Assembly (NCBI GenBank): GCA_035536815.1
Contig: DATLNJ010000055.1
Location: forward strand, 923 to 64,922
Length of the DNA stretch: 64,000 bases
From: Frankiaceae bacterium
Lineage (GTDB): Bacteria; Actinomycetota; Actinomycetes; BP-191
Reading direction: 5' to 3'
Below, one piece after another: positions 22,678-32,294 of this stretch. Below the pieces are notes generated by a model. That model was not told the DNA's origin. It ran no database searches and saw only the letters and a list, made by a program, of their open reading frames with translations. Both the position numbers and the translations under genes were made by a program. The stretch's first letter is position 1. Every line of letters starts with the position of its first letter.

Positions 22678-24119
22678 CAGGCGGTCTCCTCGCGGACGAC
22701 GTCGGTCGCGTGCTTGTCGTCGCGCAGCCCCTTGTACGACGGGTGCCGCAGCTTGCCGTCGCGGGTCCACTCGGCGAACTCCACCTCGACCACGAGCGTC
22801 GGCTCGGCGTAGGTCGACTTCTTGGCGTACGCCGTCGGGACCTTGTCCACGAACGGGCTCTCCTTGCGCGCCAGCGGCTTCAGCGTCTTCTCCAGGTCGA
22901 GCAGCGTCTTGCCGGTGAAGCCGGTGCCGACGTGGCCGGCGTAGCGCAGCCCGGTGTCGTCGTAGTAGCCGACGAGCAGGCTGCCGAGGTGACCCGCGCG
23001 GGCTCCCTCGCCCTTCGTCCAGCCGCCGACGACCAGCTCCTGGCGGCGGATGTTCTTCAGCTTGCGCCAGTGGTCGACGCGCTTGCCCGGGTGGTACGCG
23101 CCGTCGAGGCGCTTGGCCATGATCCCCTCGAAGCCGCGCTCGATGCCGGCCGCCTGTACGGCCGCGCCCTCGCCGGGGAAGTACGGCGGCGTCTGCCACG
23201 ACGGGCCGTTGAGGTCTAGCGCTTCGAGCAGCACGCGGCGTTCGCGGTACGGCAGCTTCGTGACGTCGCGGCCGTCCACGTAGAGCAGGTCGAAGACGAG
23301 GAAGACGACCGGGTACGTCTTCGCGGCGCGCTTCACCGCGTCGCCGGTGAGCTTCATCCGCTGCTGGAGCAGGCCGAAGTCGCTGCGGCCGTCCGCGTCG
23401 AACACCACCAGCTCGCCGTCGAGCACCAGCCGGGTGCTGCCGACCGCCTTGCCCAGCTCGATCAGCTCCGGGTACGAGCCGGTGATGTCGAGCAGGTTGC
23501 GGCTCTGCGCCGTCGCGCGCCCGCCCTCGACATAGACGATCGCGCGGACGCCGTCCCACTTGAACTCGAAGCCCCACTCCTCCGGCTTGGCCGGCAGGGC
23601 CGACCCGGTGGTCGCGAGCATCGGTACGACCTTCGCCGGCATCGGCGCGAAGTCCGGGTCGGTCGGCGGTGTCATGCGGCGGACCATCCAGTTCTTGCCC
23701 TCCGTCTGGAACAGCACGTACTCGCCCTCGACCCGCTTGCCGTGCAGGACGACCTTGATCTTGCGGTCCTCCCACTCCTCGACCTCGTACGTGCCCTGGT
23801 CCCAGAGCATGACCTTGCCGCCGCCGTACTGGCCCTTCGGGATCTCGCCCTCGAAGTCGAAGTAGTCGAGCGGGTGGTCCTCGGTGTGTACCGCGAGGTG
23901 GTTCTCGCCGGGCGTGACAGGCAGCCCCTTCGGGACCGCCCACGACACCAGCACGCCGTCGCGTTCCAGCCGGAAGTCCCAGTGCAGCGCGGTCGCGTGG
24001 TGCTCCTGGATCACGAACCGCTGCTTCGTCCTCCGCGGCCTGCGCTTCTTCGCGCCGAACGGCTCCGGCGTCGCGCGCTCGTCGCGCATGCGTTCGTAGG
24101 TGCTGAGCTTCCCTGGCAC
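22677..24119 (-). CDS. ligD: LigD phosphoesterase + ATP-dependent DNA ligase domains (NHEJ)
   Basis: PE domain FVIQEHHATALHWDFRLE...GGG. Ligase adenylation motif FEFKWDGVRA, plus later motifs EGIMAKR and WRKLK. Confidence 0.9.
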   Translation of the reverse strand: MPGKLSTYERMRDERATPEPFGAKKRRPRRTKQRFVIQEHHATALHWDFRLERDGVLVSWAVPKGLPVTPGENHLAVHTEDHPLDYFDFEGEIPKGQYGGGKVMLWDQGTYEVEEWEDRKIKVVLHGKRVEGEYVLFQTEGKNWMVRRMTPPTDPDFAPMPAKVVPMLATTGSALPAKPEEWGFEFKWDGVRAIVYVEGGRATAQSRNLLDITGSYPELIELGKAVGSTRLVLDGELVVFDADGRSDFGLLQQRMKLTGDAVKRAAKTYPVVFLVFDLLYVDGRDVTKLPYRERRVLLEALDLNGPSWQTPPYFPGEGAAVQAAGIERGFEGIMAKRLDGAYHPGKRVDHWRKLKNIRRQELVVGGWTKGEGARAGHLGSLLVGYYDDTGLRYAGHVGTGFTGKTLLDLEKTLKPLARKESPFVDKVPTAYAKKSTYAEPTLVVEVEFAEWTRDGKLRHPSYKGLRDDKHATDVVREETA

Positions 24120-24178
24120 GCCGTCGGTCCTACCCCCGCCGGCGGCGGGTCAAGAACGCCGTGGCAGTATCCGGCGGC

Positions 24179-25207
24179 ATGACGCGTACCGGCCTCGCCC
24201 TGCCGTTGAACCTGCTTCTCCCCGTCGCCGGCCAGGCCGATGTCGCGCGCCGCGCGGAGGCGCTCGGCTACTCCACGGTGTGGGCCGCGGAGGCCGGGAC
24301 CAACGACGCGTTCGGGCTGCTCACCGCGTGCGCCGCGGTGACGTCACGGGTGCGGCTGGCGACCGGCGTGCTGCCGATCTTCACGCGGACGCCGGCGTTG
24401 ATGGCGCAGTCGGCGGCGACGTTGCAGGACTACTCGGGCGGCCGCTTCGCGCTCGGCATCGGCGTCTCGTCGGAGACCATCGTGCGGCGCTGGAACGGCG
24501 TGCCGTACGACCGTCCCCTGGAGCGGATGCGCGAGTACGTCCCGATCGTGCGCCGGCTGCTGACGTGGGAGAAGGTCAGCCACGACTCCGACCTCTACCC
24601 GGTGGACGGCTACCGGCTGCTGCTCAACGTCCCGTCGCCGCCGCCCCCGATCCTCGTCGGCGCGCTGAACCCGGGGATGCTCCGGCTGGCCGGCGAGGTC
24701 TCGGACGGCGCGTTGCTCAACTGGATCGGCGCCCCCGCCGTGCCTGCCGCGCTGGCGGCGGTCGCCGAGGGGGCGGGCGGCTCGCCCCGGCAGAACGCGG
24801 TCTTCGTCCGCGTCTGCGTCACCCCTGACGTCGAGGCCGCGCGCGCGTGGGCCCGGCGCGAGGTCATGGGCTACGTCATCGTCCCGGCGTACCGCCGCGC
24901 GTTCGGCACCCAGGGGTGGGGCACGGTGTGCGCGGACGCGATGGCGCTGTGGGACTCGGGCGACCGCAAGGGCGCGGCGGCGTCGTTGCCGGACGAGTTC
25001 GTGGACTCGCTCTGTCTCGCCGGGCCTGCGGACGAGGTGCGGGCGCGGTTCGACGAGTTCCGCGCGGCCGGTGTGGACGAGCCGGTGGCGTTCCTGTTCA
25101 GCGGGCAGCGCGAGGTGCCGGCGATCGTCGCGGAGCTGGAGGCGACGATGGCCGCGCTCGCGCCGGGCGCTCCCGACGCGCCGGACACACCCGACGCGCC
25201 CGCGTAG
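24179..25207 (+). CDS. LLM-class (luciferase-like) flavin/F420-dependent oxidoreductase
   Basis: AEALGYSTVWAAEAGTNDAF...RFALGIGVSS...ILVGALNPGMLRLAGEVSDGALLNW. Confidence 0.8.
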   Translation: MTRTGLALPLNLLLPVAGQADVARRAEALGYSTVWAAEAGTNDAFGLLTACAAVTSRVRLATGVLPIFTRTPALMAQSAATLQDYSGGRFALGIGVSSETIVRRWNGVPYDRPLERMREYVPIVRRLLTWEKVSHDSDLYPVDGYRLLLNVPSPPPPILVGALNPGMLRLAGEVSDGALLNWIGAPAVPAALAAVAEGAGGSPRQNAVFVRVCVTPDVEAARAWARREVMGYVIVPAYRRAFGTQGWGTVCADAMALWDSGDRKGAAASLPDEFVDSLCLAGPADEVRARFDEFRAAGVDEPVAFLFSGQREVPAIVAELEATMAALAPGAPDAPDTPDAPA

Positions 25208-25285
25208 TCCACAGGCCCGGAGTCTTCGTCCACAGATTCGCCCCGGCGCCGCCACTGGGCGCCGCGCGCGGGCAGCGTTGTCGGC

Positions 25286-25876
25286 ATGAGTCGCGTCCGT
25301 CTCTCGCTCGCCGCCGCGCTGCTGGTGCTCGCGGCGTACGTCGGGCTGCGCGCCCACCTGCGCCCGGACCCGTACGCCACGCTCGCCCGGCCCGCCGTCC
25401 TCGCGCCGCCGCGCTCCGCGGCGCCGTCCGCGCCGGCGCGACCGCCGTCAGTGCCGTCGTCGTCAGCGTCGCCGTCGGCGGCGCCACCGTCGTCCGCCGC
25501 CCTGCGCGCCACGCTGCGCGCGCTCGACCGCGCCCGCGCGGCGGGCTTCGCCGACCCGGTCGGCGCCGACCCGGACGCATGGGCCGCGCGGTCGTGCGCC
25601 TGCCGCGCCGAGGACGTACGCCGCCTGCGCGACCTTGCGGCCCGCGGCCTCGCGCTGCGCGGCCACCGCGCTGAGCTGCTGCGCGTCGAGCTGGTCCGGG
25701 CCGGGCCGGCGTCGGCCCGCGTCGCCGTGACCGACCGGCTCGGCGGGTACGCCGCCGTGGACGCCCGCGGCCGCACCGTCGCTCGCTGGCCGGCGTCGCC
25801 CGAGCGGCGCTGGCTGGTGACCCTCGTCCGCGTGGACGGCCGGTGGCTGCTCGGCGCCGTCGCGCGGGCGCCGTGA
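25286..25876 (+). CDS. membrane-anchored hypothetical protein
   Basis: N-terminal TM segment LSLAAALLVLAAYVGL, a Pro/Ser/Ala linker, then a ~110-aa C-terminal domain. Composition is borderline for a real gene. Confidence 0.45.
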   Translation: MSRVRLSLAAALLVLAAYVGLRAHLRPDPYATLARPAVLAPPRSAAPSAPARPPSVPSSSASPSAAPPSSAALRATLRALDRARAAGFADPVGADPDAWAARSCACRAEDVRRLRDLAARGLALRGHRAELLRVELVRAGPASARVAVTDRLGGYAAVDARGRTVARWPASPERRWLVTLVRVDGRWLLGAVARAP

Positions 25877-25965
25877 CGGCGTGGCGTGGAAAAGTGACGC
25901 CGCGGGTAGCACCATGATCAGGACAGGCGCGTGCCCACCGCGCCACCTGCTCGAAGGGGCTGCGC

Positions 25966-26907
25966 GTGCGATCGATCTGGAAGGGCGCGATCTCCTTCGG
26001 CCTGGTCTCGATCCCGGTCAAGCTGTACTCGGCGACCGAGGAGCGCGACATCGCGTTCCGCCAGGTGCACCGCGAGGACGGCGGCCGCATCCGCTACCAG
26101 CGCGTCTGCACCTCGTGCGACAAGGAGGTGTCGTACGCCGACATCGCCAAGGGCTACGAGATGCCGGACGGCAGCATCGTCGTCCTGACCGACGAGGACT
26201 TCGAGAACGTCCCCATCACGAGCAACCGGATGATCGACGTCATCCAGTTCGTGCCGATGGAGGAGCTCGACCCGATCTACTTCAGCAAGTCGTACTACCT
26301 CGAGCCGGAGAAGGCGGGCGTCAAGCCGTACGTGCTGCTCGCCCGCGCCCTCGAGGAGTCCGGCAAGGTGGCGGTGGTGAAGGTCGCGCTGCGGCAGCGC
26401 GAGGCGCTCGCGGCGGTCCGGGTGCGCGACGGCGTGTTCGTGCTGGAGACCATGCTCTGGCCGGACGAGGTGCGCGAGCCGCAGTTCGGGTTCATGGACG
26501 ACGACGTCGAGGTCCGCCCGCAGGAGCTGGCGATGGCCGGGACGCTGATCGACAGCCTGTCCGGGGAGTTCGACCCGAACGAGCACCACGACTCGTACCG
26601 CGTCGCGCTGGAGGAGGTCATCGACGCAAAGGTCGCCGGGCACGAGATCGTCGCCCCCGCGGTGCGCGCCGAGGAGGGCGCCTCGGTGGTCGACCTCATG
26701 GCGGCGTTGCGGGCGAGCGTGGACGCGGCGAAGGCCGGCCGGGTCGGCGGCGCGGCCGCCGAGCGCAGCGAGCAGGCGGCCGGGAAGAAGCCGGCCAAGG
26801 GCGCGAAGAAGGCGGCGGCCAAGCCGGCCGCGAAGGCGGCGAAGCCCGCGAAGAAGGCGGCGGCGAAGAAGCCGGCCAAGAAGGCGGCCGCCCGCAAGTC
26901 CGCCTGA
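25966..26907 (+). CDS. ku: Ku protein (NHEJ) with Lys/Ala-rich C-terminal tail
   Basis: (M)RSIWKGAISFGLVSIPVKLYSAT...YQRV...SKSYYLEP. The tail is KKPAKGAKKAAAKPAAKAAKPAKKAAAKKPAKKAAARK. Confidence 0.95.
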   Translation: MRSIWKGAISFGLVSIPVKLYSATEERDIAFRQVHREDGGRIRYQRVCTSCDKEVSYADIAKGYEMPDGSIVVLTDEDFENVPITSNRMIDVIQFVPMEELDPIYFSKSYYLEPEKAGVKPYVLLARALEESGKVAVVKVALRQREALAAVRVRDGVFVLETMLWPDEVREPQFGFMDDDVEVRPQELAMAGTLIDSLSGEFDPNEHHDSYRVALEEVIDAKVAGHEIVAPAVRAEEGASVVDLMAALRASVDAAKAGRVGGAAAERSEQAAGKKPAKGAKKAAAKPAAKAAKPAKKAAAKKPAKKAAARKSA

Positions 26908-27140
26908 GCCCGCGCGGCGACCGGTCCGCGCGCGGCGAGGCAGGTCGCCCGGCGCGCAGGCCGGTCGCCGCCGCCGGGACGGACCGCGACGGCGAACCAC
27001 CCGCGCGACACGTGGCGGTGCCGCGCGTTACCTCTCGGTAGGTCCGGCCGTTGCCGCGGTCCGGGCCGGGCTCAAGTTCGAGGGGCGAACTGCCGAGACT
27101 TCCCGAAGGCGCTCGCCTGACCCCTGCCCGAAAGGCCCGG

Positions 27141-27791
27141 ATGACCGTGATCGACTACGGGGAGCTCGTCGCGGCGCTGCGCGCCGTGCCGGGCGTCGCC
27201 GACGCGGACGTCGCCCCCGACGGCGACGGCGGACTCGGCCTGCTCCGGCTCGGTCTGGCCCCCGGCTACGACGAGATCCAGGTCGCGACGACGGTCGGGC
27301 GGCTGCTGCGCGAACGGTTCGGGCTCGGCGTGGACGCCGAGCACGTCCAGCTCGTCGAGGACGCGGCGTCCCCGATGGCGCCGGTTGCGGCCGGCGCGCC
27401 CCCGCAGTCGCGCCCGGCGATCGAGCGGATGCACGTGGTCTCCGAAGGCACGGACGTCGCGGTCAGCGTGACGCTCGGGTTCGGCGGCCGCAGCTTCGTC
27501 GGGGAGGCCGAGGGGCCGGCGACGCAGCCCGGCGTGAACCGCGCGGTCGCCCTGGCGACGTTGCGCTCGGTCGAGGGGCTGGTGGACGCCCGGGCGAAGT
27601 TCGAGCTCGACCACCTCGAGGTCACGCAGACCGGCGACGTACGCACCGCGGTCGCCGTGGTCTCGATGGTCACCCCCGGCGGCAGCGAGCGCCTCACCGG
27701 CGCCGCGCTCGTCCGGGAGGACGTACGGCAGGCGGTCATCCGCGCGACGCTCGACGGCCTCAACCGCCGGATCGCCGCGCTCCTGCGCTGA
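27141..27791 (+). CDS. conserved-looking hypothetical protein
   Basis: ATG at 27141. Good GC3 codon usage and a non-repetitive sequence. I do not recognise the family. Confidence 0.55.
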   Translation: MTVIDYGELVAALRAVPGVADADVAPDGDGGLGLLRLGLAPGYDEIQVATTVGRLLRERFGLGVDAEHVQLVEDAASPMAPVAAGAPPQSRPAIERMHVVSEGTDVAVSVTLGFGGRSFVGEAEGPATQPGVNRAVALATLRSVEGLVDARAKFELDHLEVTQTGDVRTAVAVVSMVTPGGSERLTGAALVREDVRQAVIRATLDGLNRRIAALLR

Positions 27792-27801
27792 CGCGGCCGG
27801 G

Positions 27802-28707
27802 CTACCGGGGGTCCGCGCCGCCGCCGACGCGGCCCGCCTGCGGGTCGGTGGGCGGAGGCTTGTTCGACCGCTGCCACCGTTCGAAGTCGCGGGTCGGCTC
27901 GCTTGGCGGGTACGTCCCGCCGTCCAGCAGCGTCCGGTTGCCGAGCGGCTCGCGCAGGGTGACCGGGTACGGCGCCTCCGGCGCGGTCGGGCAGGTGCCT
28001 GGCTTCTCGCGCACCAGGAACGTCACGGTGACGGTGGTGGGGCCGTACTCGACCAGCGGCGGCTCGATCCGGCCCGTCGGCGGCTGGCCGCTCGCGCACT
28101 CCATCTCGGTGACCATGGCGGTGAACGTCGTGTCGTCCGGCCGCACCGGGCCCTCGGGACGCCAGATTCCGGCGCTCTGCCCCCGCGGTGGCGCGAGGTA
28201 CGGACGGCACGGCGCCACGGAGCCGGCCAGCCGCCACTCGCCCTCCACCAGGGCGAAGTACCGGACGTGCGCGAGCTCCGGTGCCGCGTAGAGCACCTCG
28301 GAACCGGTCCGGACCAGCTCGCGCCATCCGGTCGCCGGGACGCGCGGCTGCGCGCCGGGCCGTGCGACGTGCGCGCGGAGGGCTGCGGCGGCGGGGTCGG
28401 CTCCGTTCTCGGCGCCGGTCTCCGCGCGAAGGTTGCCGGCCGGGAACACCGGGCCGACGCCGCACGAGAGGGGCGCGCCGGTCCCCGCCGGCGCGGCCGG
28501 CTCGAGGTGACGGCCGGCCCGCTCCGACCACGGCCCCCGCGCCACGACGGTCACGCCGGCCGCCGTCACCGCGGTCGCCAGCGCGGTCGCGAGCGCGAGG
28601 CGTTGCCGGCGGGACCGCCGGCGCCGGTACAGGCCAGGGAACGCCGGCACGGCGGCCGGCCGGAACGCCGCAACCTCCGCCTCGACGGCGGTACGCAGGT
28701 CAGACAC
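27802..28707 (-). CDS. single-pass membrane protein co-transcribed with an ECF sigma factor (anti-sigma candidate)
   Basis: GTG at 28707 overlaps the sigma gene by 8 nt. TM segment LALATALATAVTAAGVTVV. No HxxxCxxC zinc anti-sigma motif was seen. Confidence 0.55.
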   Translation of the reverse strand: MSDLRTAVEAEVAAFRPAAVPAFPGLYRRRRSRRQRLALATALATAVTAAGVTVVARGPWSERAGRHLEPAAPAGTGAPLSCGVGPVFPAGNLRAETGAENGADPAAAALRAHVARPGAQPRVPATGWRELVRTGSEVLYAAPELAHVRYFALVEGEWRLAGSVAPCRPYLAPPRGQSAGIWRPEGPVRPDDTTFTAMVTEMECASGQPPTGRIEPPLVEYGPTTVTVTFLVREKPGTCPTAPEAPYPVTLREPLGNRTLLDGGTYPPSEPTRDFERWQRSNKPPPTDPQAGRVGGGADPR

Positions 28708-29200
28708 GGTCCGCCTCCTCGCGGAGCAGGGGCGCGAGCGTGGCGCGAGCGCGGGACAGCCGCGACTTCACGGTCCCCACGGGGACGCCGAGCTGGTCGG
28801 CGATCGCGACGAGCGGGAGCCCGGTCTCCTGCAGGACGACCACCGCCCGCTGGTCGCGCGGCAGCGCCGCCAGCGCGCGGCGCAGGTCGACGCCGTCCAC
28901 GCCAGGGGGCGGCTGGTCGGACGGCGGCGACAGCCGGGCCAGCGCGCGGAGGTCGTTACGGAGCTTGCGGCGGCGGTTGCTGACGAAGCCCAGCGCCACC
29001 TTGCGCACCCAGGCCTCGGGGTCGTCGTACGCCGCGACGCGGGACCACTGCCCGAGCAGCCGCACGAACGCGTCCTGCACAGCCTCCTCGGCGGCGTCCC
29101 TGTCCTGCGCGATCGCGCCGACGACGCCGACCAGGCGTGCGTACGACTGCGCGTAGAACGCCGCGAGGTCGGCGTCCGGCGCGTCCGCGCGGGGGTCCAT
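28700..29200 (-). CDS. ECF (sigma-70 family) RNA polymerase sigma factor
   Basis: Region 2 DAAEEAVQDAFVRL...PEAWVRKVA. Region 4 LPRDQRAVVVL...IADQLGVPVGTVKSRLSRAR. An alternative GTG lies at 29218. Confidence 0.85.
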   Translation of the reverse strand: MDPRADAPDADLAAFYAQSYARLVGVVGAIAQDRDAAEEAVQDAFVRLLGQWSRVAAYDDPEAWVRKVALGFVSNRRRKLRNDLRALARLSPPSDQPPPGVDGVDLRRALAALPRDQRAVVVLQETGLPLVAIADQLGVPVGTVKSRLSRARATLAPLLREEADRV

Positions 29201-29281
29201 GCCCGTAACCCCCCTCACCCGGCCCGGCGGTTCCCGCCCGGATGATCCCGCGCCGGCGAGCGCGGGCGCGGCGAGGAGCCG

Positions 29282-30340
29282 TTACGCCAGCACGGAGACG
29301 TCGGAGACCCGCACCGAGGCACCGCGCTTGCTCACCAGCCCGCTGAGCGAGTGCAGCGCGCTCCGCGTCACCGAGATCGTGATGGCGTTGCGGAAGTTCC
29401 GGGTGGAGGACGGCAGCGGCAGCGTCGCCGTGACGAACCGGCCGCCGCTCGGGACGGTCACGGTGCCGAGCACGACGTGGCTGCCGAGCTCGCGGCGGAT
29501 GCCGACCACGACCCGGACCGATCGCCCGGTGTCGGTGACCGACGACAGCTTCACGCGGATCGCGGAGGCGTGCCGCAGGTCGAGGGAGTCGCGGAGCCGC
29601 AGCTGCGCGCCGCCACCGGTGCCGAGCCGCGTCTCGCGCACCGCGAACCGCACGCTCTGGTCGCCCGCCCCGGGGACCGGGAAGTACGGGCCGCCGGTCA
29701 CGATGCCGGTGCCGGAGCGGACCAGCATGACTCGCGGGTCCCAGCCGTTCTCGAACGTCGCGAGCGCCAGCGGGCTCGTCGGCGTCCGCACGTCGCCGAG
29801 ACCGCCGACCGCGGCGCGGCGGGTGCGCCCGTACGCCGTCGAGTACCGGTCGACGAAGACCTGCGTGTTGTAGCCGGAGCCGTCCGGCCGCTCGACCCAG
29901 CCGATGCCGAGGTAGCGCACGGAGCGGTCGAGGATGTTCGCGCGGTGGCTCGGCGAGTTCATGTACGCCTGGAACAGCGAGGCGGCGTCCCAGCCGCGGC
30001 CGACGTTCTCGGAGACGGCGCGCCAGTCGCCCGACCCGTGCCCCTCGACGCCCGCGACGAGCGCGGGGTTGTGGTACAGCGTGTTCTTGCTCGCCTGGTT
30101 CATCGCCCACGCGCGGGCCAGGTCGGTCGTCCCCGGCGCGACGGTCAGCGCCGGGATGCCGCGGCTGGTGCGCGCGTGGTTGATGAGGGTCGTCAGCCGG
30201 GCCTCGACGGCGTTCAGCCGTACGCCGTGCATCGACGTGAACGCCGCGGCGTTCGACGGCACGGCGACGTGCGCCACGGTCGTGACGGCGGCGGTCGCGA
30301 GGACGGCGGCGAGGCGGCGGAGGTGCTTGGCGTGCGGCAT
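29282..30340 (-). CDS. secreted CAP/SCP/PR-1 domain protein with C-terminal extension
   Basis: ATG at 30340 with a signal peptide. CAP-like LINHARTSRGIPAL...YHNP...SENVG...MNSPSHRANIL...LGIG. Confidence 0.75.
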   Translation of the reverse strand: MPHAKHLRRLAAVLATAAVTTVAHVAVPSNAAAFTSMHGVRLNAVEARLTTLINHARTSRGIPALTVAPGTTDLARAWAMNQASKNTLYHNPALVAGVEGHGSGDWRAVSENVGRGWDAASLFQAYMNSPSHRANILDRSVRYLGIGWVERPDGSGYNTQVFVDRYSTAYGRTRRAAVGGLGDVRTPTSPLALATFENGWDPRVMLVRSGTGIVTGGPYFPVPGAGDQSVRFAVRETRLGTGGGAQLRLRDSLDLRHASAIRVKLSSVTDTGRSVRVVVGIRRELGSHVVLGTVTVPSGGRFVTATLPLPSSTRNFRNAITISVTRSALHSLSGLVSKRGASVRVSDVSVLA

Positions 30341-30437
30341 GCCTGACTCATCGGGCCGTTCGCGCCGTTCCTTGCTCACCCGTTCGGGTGTGTCTTCGGC
30401 GCTACTTTGGGGCAACCGCCGGGTACCGTGGACGACG

Positions 30438-31394
30438 ATGCAGCAGACCGCGCGACCCGGCTACGGCGTGCTCCCCGAGGCGGGTGAGCCGCCGGTCCCG
30501 GCATGGCCCGGCCGCACCGTCGACGTCGGCGGGCGGGCGATCTACGTGCGCCGCGCCGGGACGCCGGGCGCGCCGGCGGCGGTGTTCGTGCACGGCCTCG
30601 GCGGCTCGTCCACCAACTGGACAGATGTGATGGCGCTGCTCGGCGGCCGGCTGGACGAGCACGCGCCCGACCTGCCCGGCCACGGCCGGTCCGGCCCGCC
30701 CCGCGACGGCCGCTACACCCTCGACACGCACGCGAGCGCTGTCGTGGACTACATCCGCGGCCTCGGGTGCGGCCCGGTGCACCTGTTCGGCAACAGCCTG
30801 GGCGGCGCGGTCGCCATCCGGGTAGCCGCCGAGCACCCCGAGCTGGTCACGACCCTGACGCTCGTCTCGCCGGCCCTGCCGCAGTACCGGCTGCGCCGCC
30901 AGAACGACCCCCGCCTCGGCCTGCTTCTGGTGCCCGGGCTGTCGCGCATCGTCGACCGCGAGCGGGACCGCTCGGGCGCGCAGCGGATCGCGGAGGACGT
31001 GCTGCGGCTGTGCTCGTACGACGTCGCCGTCTTCCACCCCGACCGGGTGGCCGAGGCGGTGGCCGACGTCCGTCGCCGGCGCGGCCTCCCGTGGGCGGGC
31101 GAGTCGCTCGCGCTGTCGCTGCGCGGGCTGGTGCGCGCGTACTTCGAGCCGGGCCCGCGCAACCTGTGGCGGCAGCTCGGGCAGGTCCTGGTGCCGACGC
31201 TCGTCGTCTGGGGCACGCACGACCGGCTGGTGCCGTACAAGCTCGGCGCGGTCGCGGCCCGCCGCCTGCGCAACGGCCGCCTGCTCGTCCTCGACGACGC
31301 CGGCCACATCGCCCAGATGGAACGCCCCCAGGCCGTGGCCGACGCGGTCCACCGCCTGCTCGACGAGGCCGCCGGCGTCCGGGCGTCGGCGTGA
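30438..31394 (+). CDS. alpha/beta-fold hydrolase
   Basis: HGLGGSSTNW, nucleophile elbow GNSLGG, and C-terminal DDAGHIAQME. Confidence 0.85.
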   Translation: MQQTARPGYGVLPEAGEPPVPAWPGRTVDVGGRAIYVRRAGTPGAPAAVFVHGLGGSSTNWTDVMALLGGRLDEHAPDLPGHGRSGPPRDGRYTLDTHASAVVDYIRGLGCGPVHLFGNSLGGAVAIRVAAEHPELVTTLTLVSPALPQYRLRRQNDPRLGLLLVPGLSRIVDRERDRSGAQRIAEDVLRLCSYDVAVFHPDRVAEAVADVRRRRGLPWAGESLALSLRGLVRAYFEPGPRNLWRQLGQVLVPTLVVWGTHDRLVPYKLGAVAARRLRNGRLLVLDDAGHIAQMERPQAVADAVHRLLDEAAGVRASA

Positions 31395-32194
31395 CCCGGT
31401 ACCGGCTCACCCGCCGCGGCAAGTTGCTGCTGCACACGTTCCCGCTTTTCTTGGTCATGTCCACGGGCGTCACCGTCGCGGTGGACCGGCTGTCCACGGA
31501 GTCCGCCACCGCCCGGGTCGCCGAGCGCGCGCCGGACGCCGCCCCGGTCGTGACGACGCCCCCGGCGCGACCGGCGACGCCGCGCGCGACGCCGTCCGCG
31601 ACGCCCAGCCCCAAGCCGAAGCCGACCCCGAAGCCGACGCCGACCGCGCGGCCCACGCGGGCGCCGTTCTACGGCACCGGCGTCCTCGCGGTCGTCCCCG
31701 GCAGCAGCGCGGTGCACGGCCGGGGGCCGCTGCGCCGGTTCTCCGTCGAGGTCGAGGCGGGGCTGGGGGAGTCGCCGGCGGCGTTCGCGGCGGCGGTCGA
31801 ACGGGTGCTGTTCGACGAACGCAGCTGGGGCGGCGGCGGGCGGCTGGCGTTCCAGCGGGTGTCCAGCGGCCCGGTGGCGTTCCGCGTGGTGCTCGCCGCG
31901 CCCGCCACGACCGACCGGCTCTGCCGCCCGCTGGACACCGGCGGCTCGCTGTCCTGCTACATGAACGGCCGCGCGATCCTCAACGCGATGCGCTGGTTCA
32001 ACGGCGCGAACGCCTACGCCGGCGACCTGGCCAGCTACCGGACGTACATGGTCAACCACGAGGTCGGCCATGCCCTCGGCCACGGCCACCGGTTCTACTG
32101 CGGCGCCGGCGGGCTGGCTCCGGTGATGATCCAGCAGACGAAGGGCCTGCGCGGCTGCGGCCGCAATCCCTGGCCGCTCGCCGAGGAACGTTAG
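31391..32194 (+). CDS. DUF3152-like putative zinc metallopeptidase
   Basis: GTG at 31391 overlaps the upstream stop (GTGA). A TM segment and Pro/Thr/Lys linker are followed by HEVGHALGHGH (HExxH). Confidence 0.75.
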   Translation: MTRYRLTRRGKLLLHTFPLFLVMSTGVTVAVDRLSTESATARVAERAPDAAPVVTTPPARPATPRATPSATPSPKPKPTPKPTPTARPTRAPFYGTGVLAVVPGSSAVHGRGPLRRFSVEVEAGLGESPAAFAAAVERVLFDERSWGGGGRLAFQRVSSGPVAFRVVLAAPATTDRLCRPLDTGGSLSCYMNGRAILNAMRWFNGANAYAGDLASYRTYMVNHEVGHALGHGHRFYCGAGGLAPVMIQQTKGLRGCGRNPWPLAEER

Positions 32195-32294
32195 GGAACC
32201 GCCAGCCCATTGCGCGCGCCTGCCCCCCTCAGGGGCGGTCGAGCGGGATACTGGCGGCGCCCTTTTCAGCCCGTCTGCACCCGCGGGAGACGTC

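Noticed and set aside
24120-24178. Sigma-70-like promoter for ligD (TTGACC ... TAGGAC on the minus strand)
   Set aside because: The spacer is only 15 nt by my count and the -10 is poor. This is not enough to annotate.
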